From: Aplysia californica
Lineage: Eukaryota
Length of the DNA stretch: 64,000 bases
Direction: 5' to 3'
Assembly: GCF_000002075.1 (NCBI RefSeq)
Contig: NW_004797306.1
Location: forward strand, 289,048-353,047
Both the position numbers and the translations under genes were made by a program. Under the pieces are notes generated by a model. That model did no database searches and was not told where the DNA came from. It worked only from the letters and a program-made list of their open reading frames with translations. This document shows positions 11,805-26,400 of the stretch, one piece after another. Positions within the stretch are counted from its first letter, which is position 1, and each line of letters opens with the position of its first letter.

Positions 11805-12376
11805 TATATCTTGGTGAATAGCACTGAATGTGTTGAATGAAACCCCCTAAAAAGTGTAATATTTGACATTTATTCTCTAGTTCTTGGGAGTAAGCTCAAA
11901 TTTTCGGACATGTTAACCAAGTGCTTCTTCTTCTTTTAATGTTTTTTTTGTGTGGGGGGGGGTGATACATCTATGGTCTGCTATATTTTACTATTGACTT
12001 TTTTAATTAGTCTTTTATTTCATTTAAGTGTGCTCTGAATATCACCATGGGTGATGGCCTTTCATGACTATTAAGGCTTCTGTGTTTATGAGTTTCTCGA
12101 AAACACTGCCTTTTAAATTCATACCACATACTTTTACCTGTAAAATTTCTTTAGGTTTTTGGACTCCTAGATTTAAATAAAATCAGTAGGCCTTATGGTG
12201 GAAGAAAAATCTTTTTATGTAGGCCTACTAATTATTTAAGTAGGCTACCTATGGAGAAAAAAAAATGCAGTGCACATAGTTAAATAAATTGCACAAACTG
12301 GAAAAAGAACTGGGAACTCTTTGTGTGTGTGTTCACATCTGAGTGTGCATGTGTGTCTGTGTGTGTGTGTGCGTGC

Positions 12377-12409
<33 letters not shown>

Positions 12410-12583
12410 TGTGTGTGTGAACAAATTTTCTTATGTTTGCCAGAGAAAGAGAGAGGGACGGACAGACCAACGAATAAAGACAGACCAGCAACAGATGGAG
12501 AGACTGAGAGTGAGAAGGAAAACCTCAACTGAATTTTTAAAAATTTTCTCCTCACTTCAGAGATCAGACCTCATGAGAAGGAA

Positions 12584-12745
12584 ATGACATTTCCAGCAAT
12601 GAGTAATCAGGTTCATATCAGTCATCCCTTCAAGAACAGAGAATTCAGTCATGATGCCAGGATCAGTGGATGTAGTGCTGTTGATGAAGCAGAAGAGGCA
12701 GAGGAAAGGAGACAGAATTTGTCAGATGTTTCTATGAGTTCAGAG
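12584..12745 (+). CDS. msh5: msh5 coding exon 1 (acidic N-terminus; start tentative)
   Basis: MTFPAM...VSMSSE then a GT donor in phase 0; an acceptor at 12560 suggests an upstream exon. Confidence 0.55.
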
Positions 12746-15700
12746 GTAGCTTGTGATTCAATTTGTTCCATTGTTATAACAATTTGGTATCTTTTACCCC
12801 CTCTCCTGTTTACGCCATGTCTATACCTTGTTATTCTGACAATGTATAGTCCCACTGCTCAGGGACCCATAATTGCACGAAATGGCTATAAGGCCTAGTT
12901 AACTGCTACTGGCAAACATATTATGCCCTTCTTGTCTCTGTGCGAAGCCACAAGCTTTTATTGTGGGGTGTTTGATTTATAAATTATTTAGAAGCATGCA
13001 GGTGACTGAACGAAGACGGAATAGTAGCCTCCTGAGGCACTTTTCATGAGATATATATGTGAGAAGTCCTGAAAGGTTGGATGGTTAAATCTATTGCTCT
13101 TTGAATTAAGTTATTCAGTAAAGGTTAATCTGTGAGATCAAAGAAAAAAATTCAATGTCATTATAATAGTAAAAATGCAAAAGGGGAAGTGGGAAGTGGT
13201 CGTTTGTACAGCTTATTATCTTGGATAGTAGATTAGTAGAGCCTGTTCGACGATGGATGTAAATGAAAATATTTATGAAAAAGAGGACTCATATATAGGC
13301 TTTTTTATTTCTTGTTTACATCTTCAGTCAGCAGTGTGTCACAGTACATGTATCATGTATGTGTTGGTAAGGTCCAGTATTTCTGTTGACTGTTTTTATG
13401 TTTTGCAGGTGTACATGAGCATCGTGTGGCACAGTGGTCATCTTGCTGTAGCTCATTATGACTTGACAAATGTCCAAATTTATGTCTTGCCTGATGTCAG
13501 AGAAACAGATGATTTTTCTCTCATCAAACACTGTATGTTAATTTTCATCTTCTGAGAGTATTTTTTAGTGGTCTACTGGCTTTTAATGCTAGAGTAAGGT
13601 GAAGCTGATAAATCAGGAGTAATGGTATATTTTTTTTTCTCTGTCGAATATTAAGGTTGATTTTTACAGAAAACGTTAACACGTTGCACATTTTGTATTT
13701 TAAGATGCACTGCTATTTCAAAAATGTATTATAATTGTTGTGCTCACTGTATTGATTTATCTCATATGGCTTGCTCAGTGTAAGATTCTGTCTTACGTCA
13801 CTTTCCATTATGGCATATTGCAGAGTCTAACACTGAACAGTCGATATGTTGTCATGGGATTACTTCGTGATACATGATGCATTTTAACTGAACTTCAAAT
13901 TTTTTCTCATGGCAATCATGATTGGGTGTAACTTATTACCTTTCTCGTTTGAAACTGCTGGTGGGGAGTTATATTCCGCCCATAGAGCAGTTTCAAATGT
14001 CTAATTTCCATTGTAGAATGTTTGTAGACGTGAAATGCCTAGTCAGTGAAGCAACAACTTAAGAACAAAATCTTTCGTTGTGGTAAAACCACCAGGCATG
14101 GACATTTTTAAAATAAAAGTTAGCCATAGGCAATAATTTGATTTTTAGAAATATTGATTTTCTTTGAAAACTGTTTGTATCATAAATTATAGTGCTCTGC
14201 TAATTTAAAAGTATTGCGGTCTTCTTTTCTAGAAGTTTTTCTGAGTGGTTTGGGTTTTTGTCAGTCCAGTGTTATCATCATTTTGTTGATCTGTTGATCT
14301 TTGGCTCAGTGTCTTCTACCAAAAAGTCACAAGTTGTAATTTTTAAAGAAAATCCCAAATATGTAAATATTATAATTATATTTAAACATGTGGCACAACG
14401 ATTTAAAAAATAATATGTATTTTACTTATGTTCACAGTGTTGCAGCAGATCCAGCCTTCAGTGATTGTTGTCAGTTCAATTCAGGACTCGCGATTACTGA
14501 CCTGCATTAAAAAAATAGGTACAGAGGTACAGATAGATATTGATATTTGCCCCTTTAGGACATGGGTGATTACTGACCTGTATTTAAAAAAAGATAGGTA
14601 CAGGTAGATATTGAATTTGCCATATAAGACATCTCTTGTTTTGAAGCATCCTTAGACTTGTTTTGTAATATCCAAGACAGGGTAGTCCTGATGTAATTCT
14701 GTTTCCCATTGAAGTGCACCGTTTGACTCTATTTGGATTCAAATTACGGGAAAGGAGAGGAAAGTTGCAAGCGCGCTTGACAAGTGTGACCAGTGTTTTG
14801 CCCTTTATTGGAGTGTCCATTCTGCATACCAGTGCAGGGAAATTTTTATAGAGAATAATTATTGAGCGGTGGCCATGACTGTGCCCAGTCTAGGATATTA
14901 TAATTCAAGTCAATGGTAGCATCAAAGCCCTTGTTCCCTTCACCATTGCATCAAAAATACTACTAAAAGCTATGTTCCTGTTATCGGTGGGTCACAGGTG
15001 CTGTTCGCATTAACCTGCTTAATGTTGTAAAGGCTAGTAGCCGAGATTGGAGCAGAGTGAGCTGATATTCATCAGCAATGGGACTATATCTTGCTAAAAT
15101 TTAAAATTTTTGCTTCAGAGATTCCTTGAAAGTTACTGTTAGTTGAGACAAAAAGTAGGTAGACACATATATATAGAAGTAGAACATAGGATTAGCTTAT
15201 ATTTTCATAAAGTAAGTATAAGGCCTTAATAATATAAATGAAACTTTGCCCACTCTGACGTCTCTCCTACCCAGTGTATTTATAATTCAGAGTCCTGTAA
15301 AATACAGGCATGCTTTACCCCAGTGATTCTTTATTAAGTGTTATTGTCATGTGTGAAATATGAAGCTGTGATGAATAACATGGATACATGATGGACAAAA
15401 ATAACGAACTCAGTATTCTATATTCCATCTGAGGACCTTACAAAATAAGTATATCTTTCTTTCTTTCTTTTTTTTTGTTTGACTGTATATCAGTTTTTTC
15501 TGTGTCTCATGCTGCCAGAAATATTAAGTGTAGTTCCCTTCTATCTTGTTAAAAAATAAATTTTGACCCGACACAACAAAAAATGCTTTCTTCATTGATA
15601 CATTTTTAGAGTTATATGTTAATTGATATTTTTCTTTTAATATCTGTTTAAATCCTTCTTTTTCTGAAGCCACTGATATGAATTCTACAAGTCCTGGTTC

Positions 15701-18700
15701 AAATGGAGAAGCATACAGGATACAGTTTCTACCGAGGTCAGACTTCAGTAAGTCTCTTTGTGTGTTTTCTTATCTGTGCCCTTTAACTTCTCATTTTTTC
15801 TTTGTATAAGTCTCACTTTTTTCTTTTTTTGATAAAGTGTAGCTAAATATTTGTGTGAGTGGTTGGAGGATTCTACTGCTCTATTATTCCTACATCTGTG
15901 TTCTCCTTGTATTGGTCTGTCTGTCTATCTTTCTTGCTTTTTCCTTAGCTATAAATGATTGTTGTGTGGATGTGCTTCTCTTTAACACAAGCAGAATATT
16001 TATATCGATTACTTTACTTTTACTTGTAAAATATTTATGGAAGTGTAAGTTAAATATGTCTTGTAAATTGTGTATGGCTTGTTTGAAGTTGTAAAAAATC
16101 TTTGCAGTCTGCTTGTATTTTCTCCCAAATCTGAACAAAAGTGCTGTATATTGAACCTTGTATGCATGTACCATCTTTGATGAAAGCTTAATTTTTTTAT
16201 TGTGTACATTTAACAGACTACGAGGTGAGCAAACGACGGATCATTGGCATGTCTCTGCCATCAGTACCTGGACACTTCACTGATGAAGAGAGGCGTATCC
16301 ACTTTTCATCTCTTATTCCACTGGACAGTGTGAACATGGTAAGGGTTGAAAGAATCCTGCGCTCTATCATACTAAAGTTCAAATCATTTGAATGAACTTA
16401 AAAAAATTACCTCAAAAGTGAATTTTTTACCCCAGACTTTTGTTGTCAACATTAAGACAAGTATCATATTCTGACTTGTTTGTTTGTTACAGGAACAATC
16501 GTTGCTCATGTAAGATTTCTCTGTGCCAAGCAAATTTTGATATTGTAAAAATTTATTATTTTTTGGGTCCCCCTTTGGTTTTTTTCCAACTTTTGAGGTC
16601 TTGTACCAATGCACCTTAGCTCCTGTAGGTGGACTACTAGATACGCCCTGCATGCTAAGGCATGTGTTTGGTGCAAAGAAGGGTAGTAGTTACTTTTGTC
16701 TGCAAGTTTAAACCTTAAAATAAATAGTTGCACTATCAAGTGCAGATCACCGTCACCTATCTCCATGATCCTTAGTTTGGTAAGAGTTTTACGATACTTG
16801 TAACACAATAAGATCATATAAGTGCCAAAGATTAGAGGTGTTACTAGCGAGTAACATAAAGACAATAGATGTTTGACAGGAAAGGAGTAAACCACACTAG
16901 AGCACCCACCAACCACCTGCATGTTCGTCCATTGGTGCCCCATTCATTGCGACGATAGGCCTCCGTCTCTGCTTTGATGTATGATCTCATGAAATTGTAA
17001 ACCACTTTTCAATGCATGATATATAGGAGGCTATTGATGACATCGCTAAATGTATTTTATATTAAAATAATATTACGTTCCTCACTGTTGTCTGTTTGAA
17101 ATGCTAAAATTATGTCTACCTCTAAAAATTGCACCAGTGGCTTTGATCGGAGAAGGAAATGTTTATGTTTACCAACGTGAAGTCATGAAGATAATGTACA
17201 ACTTTTAAAAACATGAACTTTGGCACGCTAAAAAGATCGTGCTCTTTTAATTTGGATCAAATATTACCAGACCTGATGTTAAGCTAATTTAAAAAATGTG
17301 TTCTTTAAGAATAAACAAATTTCTCAAGAATGCACATTCTAAATCTAAAACTCTTCTTTTACATTCTCCCACTTGGTCCCCGATGTAATTGACTGGAGGC
17401 TCTTCTACCCACAACACATTTGGTTTTTACATAGAAGGCTGTTTTTCTGCCCCAGATGTAGGGCCCCTTTTCCATTCTGGCAGTTATATCGCAATGAAGG
17501 AAGATACCACTGATTACTTCTTTGGTTATTTTGTAAAGGTGGTTATTTAGTGAAAACTGAATACATGAACTCAGGATCACACCAAGTGCTCTGGCATGAG
17601 AGGTAATAATAATAATAAATGATAAATAGCTTTTGTATAGCATATATCCCAGCTCGACAGCGAGCTGCATGCGCTTTACAATATATTATTACCCAAGAAG
17701 ACCATAGAACACTCAGAAACATTCTCAGCTTCATGGGAAGCATACAGTGCAAGCAGCTGAATAAGCGCTCAAACAGTAACAAACTGACATGGTCTTTTAC
17801 TGTCTATAGCTGGATACCCATTCCCACCTGGGTGGAGAGAGGAAAATTTGTGTAAAGTGTCTTTCCCAAGGACACAATGTCGGGCCCCTGACGGGATTTG
17901 AACCCACGACCTTTCAGTTGTGAGTCTGAGAGCCTAACTACCTCTCTAGACTAATGAGCCTGCTACAGATTTCAGTCCTCTCTGTGTTCTCTTTTTGTGA
18001 TTTCAGGTGCGCTGTGTTGGGGGCCTGCTAAGACACCTGGAAAAGATGAGAGTTGGTGTGGAGCTAGAAGATGCCTCCACTCGGGTGCCTGTGCTGGGCT
18101 TTAAAGTCTTCTCCTTGTGAGTCGCCCTGATGCAGTCATTTAATAATTGTTGCTGTTGTTGAAATGGTGAAACCAAAATATTTCTGCCACCTATTTCAAA
18201 CTGCTTGATCTTGTGCTCAAAATCTGGGGTCACTGTGGAAGTCATAGTGGGGTTTCAGCTTTGTGTTACAGGAACAGGAAATAGTGGGTTGTGATGTTGT
18301 GATTGTTGTGATTGGCGAANNNNNNNNNNNNNNNNNNNNNNNNNNNNNNNNNNNNNNNNNNNNNNNNNNNNNNNNNNNNNNNNNNNNNNNNNNNNNNNNN
18401 NNNNNNNNNNNNNNNNNNNNNNNNNNNNNNNNNNNNNNNNNNNNNNNNNNNNNNNNNNNNNNCGAGATTTATGATTTATGGTCTTACTTGTCTCAGTGTA
18501 TGTTTTTGATGGTGGAGCAGTAGTCCCCGGTATGGACACTAGGCTGATAGTAAACTGACTGCTCAGTGCAAGTCTCTGTCATACATCACTTTTCAAAATG
18601 TCATGTGGTGGCAGTGGTGGTGGGTGAACCAAATTTTGGGCGGGGCTTAGGTTGCTTCCACTTCTTTACCACTAAAAATCAAGGAATAAGAACAAAACAG

Positions 18701-20356
18701 TGATGGTTTTTCTATACTCACGGCAAGCCACAGCATTTTGAGAACCATTCAAACGAGAAGAGTCACCTTTATTTTCCATCTCTTTTTTGTGCGTTAAATT
18801 CCTCTGGATGATGAGGACGAGGCCGTTAGTCCTCCAAATTTCTCTAATTAATTGTTATCTGATTAAAAAGTTGCCTCAAAAGTGGTTTGATGTAATTAAT
18901 AACAGTTAAATCTCAGTGGTACACACACAGACATGTACACACAGCACTCCAAACATATTATAGCATTTATGAGCTGGATTAGGCCATGTATTTGCAGAAA
19001 GTAGAACGCACCTAACAAAGGCTCAATGGGTGCATAGGTAACTGTGTCACTTGGAGAAAGTGTGTCGTAAACTTTCAGCCCATTGTCAGGGCCAGGAGAG
19101 CGTGAGCCCCCTGTGCAGTGTTATTTTTTTCATGTCTTCTACCTTTTACAAGAGGGGTTTCATTAAGGAGGTCAGTGGGAATGGGCTCGTCCTTTGCTGA
19201 GCGCTAAAGACATTTGATTGGCTATTAGGTTACTATAGTTGTTAGCGGTGACAATAGTGATTGGATAAACGAGCAAGCCATCAAGTTGATTCCTGTGTGT
19301 TCATTGCGTGCGATCATAACAGTTTCAACTGCTTATTTGGTTATTTTCATTTGCTTTGGGATAGAGTTGAGGGGGGGGGGGGAGGGGGGCTCAAGCCCGT
19401 GAGCCCTCCATTACCCACTGCCACTGTATGGTGGAAGCCTATACGAAGTAGTCGAAAGATTCCAAGATTGTGTTTGTAGGCATGTGTTTGTATATTTTTC
19501 TATTTATTGCGTATAGAATATTCATGTGTGAGTAGGTCATACTTTTTCTGAAAATTATTCTTTGAAGCAGATTTATTTTTCTCCTTCACCTCATGCATGG
19601 TTTAATCAATTAGAAGTGTAGTTACCTGTACTTTCAAGAGGTTCAAACTATGCAAAGTTGTTAACACCAAAAGTTTTGTTGAATTATTAGTTTCAATTTC
19701 ACCTACTTTAACTCATTTCGACTCGTCTCATAGAAAGCAGTCCCATGTGTGTTTCAGCTCACTCAATTTTCCCTGCATTTTACAAACCCACTGACTGTCA
19801 CCCCTATGGACTTTTTTCTTGAAAGAATATGAACTGTTATTTGTGTGTGAATTGAAAACAAGCTCACTATGTGTTTTGGGGATAGGAATATTCTCTTGGG
19901 CAAAATTAAATGTAAAAAAAAGTTTGCCTAACTTTTTCAATATCTTTAGTAATTCAAAAGATATACATGTACTGCACTACTTTTTGTGTACTGGCAACTA
20001 AAATAATTTGTTTCTTTTATTAAGAAAATTGGCTTTAAAATTTTGCTCATTCGTCTGTGGTGTTCCAGTTTGGTTGTATGATGTGGCCTGGAGAAATGTG
20101 AGTTCAATCTAAGTGGGGAAGTTATTTTTCAAATATCCCCCATGTGTATGCTGGATCTTTTTCAGCATGGGTTGGCCCTGACAAGCAGGGTTGGAGCAGC
20201 CTGCCTCTTACATTTCGTAAATTGTTTTGATTCAGGTGTAAAACATTGCGATTACAAATGACAACTGTACACATGCGTAACACTGAAGAAATATATTCTG
20301 ATGTATGAGAGGCATAGTTTCTTTTCAAATTAGTATATCATCACTCAATTTGTGTT

Positions 20357-20428
<72 letters not shown>

Positions 20429-23400
20429 CGGGGGGTGGGGGGAAGAATGTTGCAATCAAGTGTTTTTGTATATTTATCTTGAATGATAGGGGTTCCTTGG
20501 ATATCAGTTGTTGTTAGTGCATACTGACATGGATTTCTAGACTTCTGCTGTTATTACTCTGTTGTTTATGCTGCTCTGTATAGGGAAGACCAGGTCCAGA
20601 TAGATATGCTGACATACACGGCCCTCAACATTTTTCACAAAGAGCTTCACCCATCTGCCTTCAAACTGGGGGCCAGTGGGAGTAAGGAAGGACTCAGCTT
20701 GTTTGGTGAGTGGGGGGGATTTCTCTTGTTGTGTCTCTGTTCACTTGTTGCCTCATCTCTCAAGACATTTGCAAGTGAACACCATCTAGTGTTTTCCATG
20801 ATTGTAGGGGATGTCAGTGTTAGTTGTGAAATTTGTGAGACCACGTCAACACTATATTTAGATTAAGATGTTAAGACATAGGAGATGATCTGCTTCTTCC
20901 CTGCCTCTTGGGGCAACCAGAGCTGGTTAGGACAAGTTTCCATGGTTTTCTGTTTTATTTGAGGAAGCTCAGTGTTTTGCTGTGATGGTTCATTATGATA
21001 CCCTAAACACTCTTTAGATATTTAAGGAAACATTCTGCATCATTTCTGTCTTTTGGGGTCGACTAGGGCTGTTTAGGGTTCCTCTTGGCAGAAAAATGGA
21101 GGTCCTCCAAAATATATCTTCCCTGTTAAGGAATCAAAGTCATGTCCTATGTGTGCTGGTGAAGTGCTCTATAGACTACAGATGCCTTTAATGTGCCTGC
21201 CCCCTCAGTAGTTAATGGATACAGTCTTGGACAGCAAGTTGTGTACTTTGTTTTCAAAGTTGTGCGTTTTTTGTCACGCTAAACATATTTTTAGTGCAAC
21301 ATGACTTTCTCGCACCATTGCAGACTCAAACCAGACAATACCGTCACAACAAGTTCCTGTTATCAAGGCTTGACTGGTTTTTAGGTTGAGGCTTCAAGTT
21401 TGTCACCAAGACAGAAGTAAAGTAAAACCTTCCTTGGCCTTGAGGTTGTGCACTTGGTCAAGAAGTTTGAAATTGATCGGAGTGGGGTCGGGGAGCGGGG
21501 GGTGGGTGGTATTTATACTTAACCGTCACTAAGTCTGGTCTGTCACAGAATCTTAAAGGAAGGGAGGTAATTGTCAACTATATAAATGTCTGTTTTAGGT
21601 CTTCTACATCAAACTGACATAGAAATTCTACAAATTAATGTCTCCTTTTTTTCGACTTGAGAGGATATTATATTGTCTTTTTTGACACGTAGTTTGCTAA
21701 CGTGATCTGCTATGCGGGAGTCTGATGTTTGAATCTGTACAGGGAGCCGGAATAGCTCTTTCTTGATTTTTGATACCAAGAATATATCGATGTAGCTGGG
21801 CATACAGTGGACACGTCTCAAAATTTCCCCAATTTATTTTATTTCGTCTTATAATGGAAAATTAAGGCTTTCCTTCATGTGTTGACCTATACGTAATTTA
21901 CCCTTTGAAGCTAAAGTACATTTCATAAAAAGTTAGAAAAATCCCAATAGATGATGAGTAAAATAACAAATTTGTGGACAGTTGTTTTCTGTCTCTTGTA
22001 AAATAAGCTTTCCCGGTACAAGTATATTTGTTTCTGATACTGTTGATACTTCTCTCACCATGAGAATCTTCTTGTGTCAAATGCTGATGGTTTTGGCTTT
22101 ACTGTCTCTCAGGCATACTTAACAGATGCAAATCTGCAAATGGAACTCGCAGGCTGCGGTAACTGATTTGATGGTTTTTGGTTACATTGATGATGTTTCT
22201 GTATTGTTTTGCTTTTGACTTTCTGTTCTTATTCTATTGCCAAAAATTCAGTTTGAAAATCCACTCCTTGTGTTCTAAGATGAAAAAAAAATGTGAAGGT
22301 ATGCATGCAGTATCTTTTATGACACTTAGTGATGAATTAGGGGGCAAAATGTTGATATTTTCTTGCCCTTACTGCGCTTGGTGTTTTCTGGCAGACACTT
22401 GTCTTATTCATCATCATACCGGGTTATCAAATGTAGACCAGTACAGCACAGACAGTATCATGTTTTGATGCGGGACAGATCTTTCATCCCATGTTTCATC
22501 TGGGAGTTTACAATGTTTTAGATGGATTAACGTTACTGGACTAGTAACGAGAATACTCCTGAGTTAGTTTAGTTTTAGTACAGGTTTTACGACGCTCACA
22601 ACTGCATAAGGTCATATGAGCGCCAAGGGGTGGATGTCAACAGAGAAGTCCTTACAGGGAATCAGGCTTACTCTGCTCACCTCTCTAGCTTCCATAGCAC
22701 AAAGTCTATATCGACTTTCGAGGCACCCCGGAAATAACGGGTCACAAGAGTGTGACAAACATACAAAAGAAGTAGAGGAAAATGACGACAGTAAGGATTA
22801 GGAAAGAAAAAGCAGCAGTTCTCTGTTTCAGTTCAGGCACAGTAATGAGCGTGACATTGATGAATCAGCTCATTTACAATTTACAATTCTACGGTGAATA
22901 AGAACATATTAATGTCCCCCCTTTGGGAATGGCCTGAAGACACTTCAGTCAGTAGCACCGCCCCGGGGCATATACTTCTGAGTAAAGGAAATTGTTGAAG
23001 AGATATATTTCCCCATAAAATTAGCATATACTGGATATGTACTTTTATTGTTATCTTTTACCACTTTGGAAGGGATAATCTCGCCTGTGCATTTATGTTC
23101 ATGGTGTTTTATCTTAATTACATGTATTTTACTGAAAATGAAAATTACGGGTTTCTTTATTAGAAGCTTTGGAAATTTGTGTAACAGTGAAACTTTTATC
23201 TATATTCGTAAGGCAGTAAAGTGGTTTAACTTTTGCCTTATTATTTGGTACTGAGAACAGTAAAAGAGAGTTACTTTTTGCAAACGTCTGACTTGAAGGG
23301 GACAAATGGGGGTTTATCAAGAATTTTACTAGATCAAAAAAATAGTCAACTCTGCTGAAAAGTTGCAAAGACAAGAAGTCTTATGTGCCTTCTCTTTACA

Positions 23401-26400
23401 TTTAAATGGAATAGAAATATACCGGAATAAGAATGTGAGACATAAAATCCATTTTAGTTAAAGATCTATGGACTAGAAGAGCTGATAATCTTTATATAAA
23501 ATGTTCAGTACACTCAACAATAATCACAAACCAGTTTTTACTCTCTTTGTCTCTTAGATATATGTATATAAAATAATCACCATACTGACATTGTTGGCTG
23601 TCAGACTAGGAATATCGCTTTATTAAAAGAAGTTCAGATGTGTCACAACGCGGTGGAATCAGGCCCTTGTAAACTTTGGGTCACATGGAGTCATGGTATC
23701 TCTTAAAGCCTGTCCAATTGCCTTGCTTTTGATGGCGAAAATCTCCATTTATCTTGGATAAAAGTCAAGATATTGGCAATTGAGGGAGGAGGGGATCGCC
23801 TAGTTTCAGAGGTAAAATTATCGAGAAAATGGCCGCCACAAATGCGTTATTTCCTTAGCTTGAGAGTCCGTGGAAACTGAAAATTTACATCTTTAATGCC
23901 TTTAATCAATGATTTTCAGTAAAAACCACACATAAGTATGTTTTTTAATGGGTATGAAAGATGTTGAACTAAAAAAGAAAAATTTGATAAAAATTCCCAG
24001 ACCTGCGGAAAAAAGCCAGTTTCATCGATTTCATTATTTTGACGAGCACTTGATTTCACCACACTGCCTCACAAATGTAAATTTTCCCTATTTTTTTTCT
24101 ATTGTTTTGTTTGCAGACATTGGTTTCTGAGGCCTATAAAAAATGCAGCCCTTTTACGACAGCGACATGATGCAGTATCTTTTTTCCTTACTCCGAGAAA
24201 CTTGGAAGTTGTTTCCTGCCTTCATGGATGTCTAAAGCATGTAAAGTTTATTCCTGTAAGTATGATTCTGGAGCAATAAATGGTCTTCTTTTTTCTTTTT
24301 GCAGAGTTCTCTGCATACGTTTCCTGGTTGCTGTTTAGACCATTTTAAAAATTATTATTTCTGGTCATTTTTCGCATTTAATGCTTGTTTTTTTTTGATT
24401 TAGCAATAACATAGAATTCTAGAGATTTTTATGGAGCCATTTTAGTTGTATTTGTCGGATAAGACTTTCGCCTGCCCCTTCGATAAAATGATTAGCATTT
24501 ATGAAATCGAAATATACCACAGAAATTCAGCTACAGAAATGTTGTGTTTATGTGTTCAGATGCATGTCTGTAAGGATGAGGTGTATGTGAAGAATGTTGG
24601 TTTTTATTAGGATTACATTTGTTTCAATAGAAATTCACCCATCTTTCCAATTGATTGTTATATTTTCAGCTGTTGTAAAATAGAAGTGCTTTTAAAAATG
24701 TATGAGCAAATTGTGAAGTTCTTGGTGGTCAAAGTTCATCCTTATGAGCATGACCGATCAAAGAACATTTTGGAGTAATCATAACTGTGTTTGTATAAGG
24801 ACATTTACCTGCACTTGCAATATATTGGTACGTTTTTAGCTAGTATGAAATAGTAAGACCAAAATGTTACACACAAGTTACAATTAATCGTTTGGTCATT
24901 TTTTTTCTGTTTTCTGTACTTTTCCTGTAGAATGTCCTTGTGAGGATGTCAAAGGCTAAGGCCACCATTGGGGACTGGATTGCTCTCTCGAAGGTGTGTA
25001 TACTGTTGTGAACTGATAATCATTTGGTGCGATTATTTTGTGGCTTGCTAATTAGCTAATAGTGTTTTTAAAAAACAGATATTTCTCTTGGGGCTTCTCT
25101 GTTTTAACCTCAACTTATTGTATTAAACAAGCATAATAATATGATACATCAGAGATTTCCATGAACATTAGAGAAGACTGGGTGTGTAATTTTTTCTGCT
25201 TGGGATCAGGGGTGGGGAAAAAGCTGAGAAGAATGGGGCAAATTGTAGGTTTTCTTTGATTGTTAATGTATATTGAAGTAACATAGAGTATGATAGAGCA
25301 CATAAAAAAGACAAGAACAGGCATGGAGATGGCTTCTTGAACCAATTGAAGTATACCTAGTTTAACCTTCTGTTCAAACAGGCCTGCAACTTTTATGGTT
25401 GTATTGTTTACTCTATTTGGTAGACTCACACTGGTCTATGATGTGAATGACCCTAGTTTGAATCCTCTACTAGACTGTTGGAACTTAGGTTGCTTATGAA
25501 ATTTTCAAGGCTTTCCCCCTCTTTTTGCTCAGAGCTATAAAAGATAGACCTTAAGTTTGGAGGTTCGACCTTTTGAATAACTTTACAATATGCATAAAAC
25601 TGTAATAATCAATCACTTCATGATAGTGGATCTGAGGATGAAAGCCTCCACACCACTGGAACAAAAGCAACTTTATATAAATTCTAAGGAAAGTTTATTC
25701 TTGTGCAGACACTCTACCATGCAGTGTACATTGGAGATATCTGCCGGTCCCAAGTGCAGACTGTGGAGATTTTCCGTAAGGTAAGGTGTACTAAATAGCA
25801 TTTGTTGATTTTATGGTTAGGCTGGCTGCCTTGTTCTGCAAAGAAATGAATTTGTTTCCCATAGTGGAATTATTTTTTCGAGCATCGCTGTCTGCCTGCT
25901 GGAATGTAGTATCCCACACTGCCTGGGATGGGCCTGACATACTGGGTTGAAACAGCATGCCTCATAAGTGGTTGCTAATAGTGTTTGCCAAGACTGAGAG
26001 GAGGCGACACATTCAGCAGCTTAGTGAGCAGCCAACATGTGGCTGTCAGATCAGTTAGGACCACGGCTGTTCTCTAAGAAGAAGTGTACCTGTCGCTAGG
26101 ATTGGAATATTTTTAGTTCTCATGAAATAAATTTGAAATCATCAGAGACAGCCACCGACTGTCGGGGAGAAAAGTGGTTGTCTCGGGCAGATGGACGTCT
26201 TGGACAGTGTCATTAGAATATTATTTTTTAAAACACTAGCAAGGGATTGTGAAGTGGTCATTTAAACAGGTGATTGTCTTGCACAGGTGGCAGTTAGAGC
26301 AGGTTTGACTGTATGATTTGTGAAAAGGAACCAAAAAATGTGTTAACTTATGTTAAGTGAATGTTAATGTAGATTAGATATAGAATGTCTGGCATTCTTG

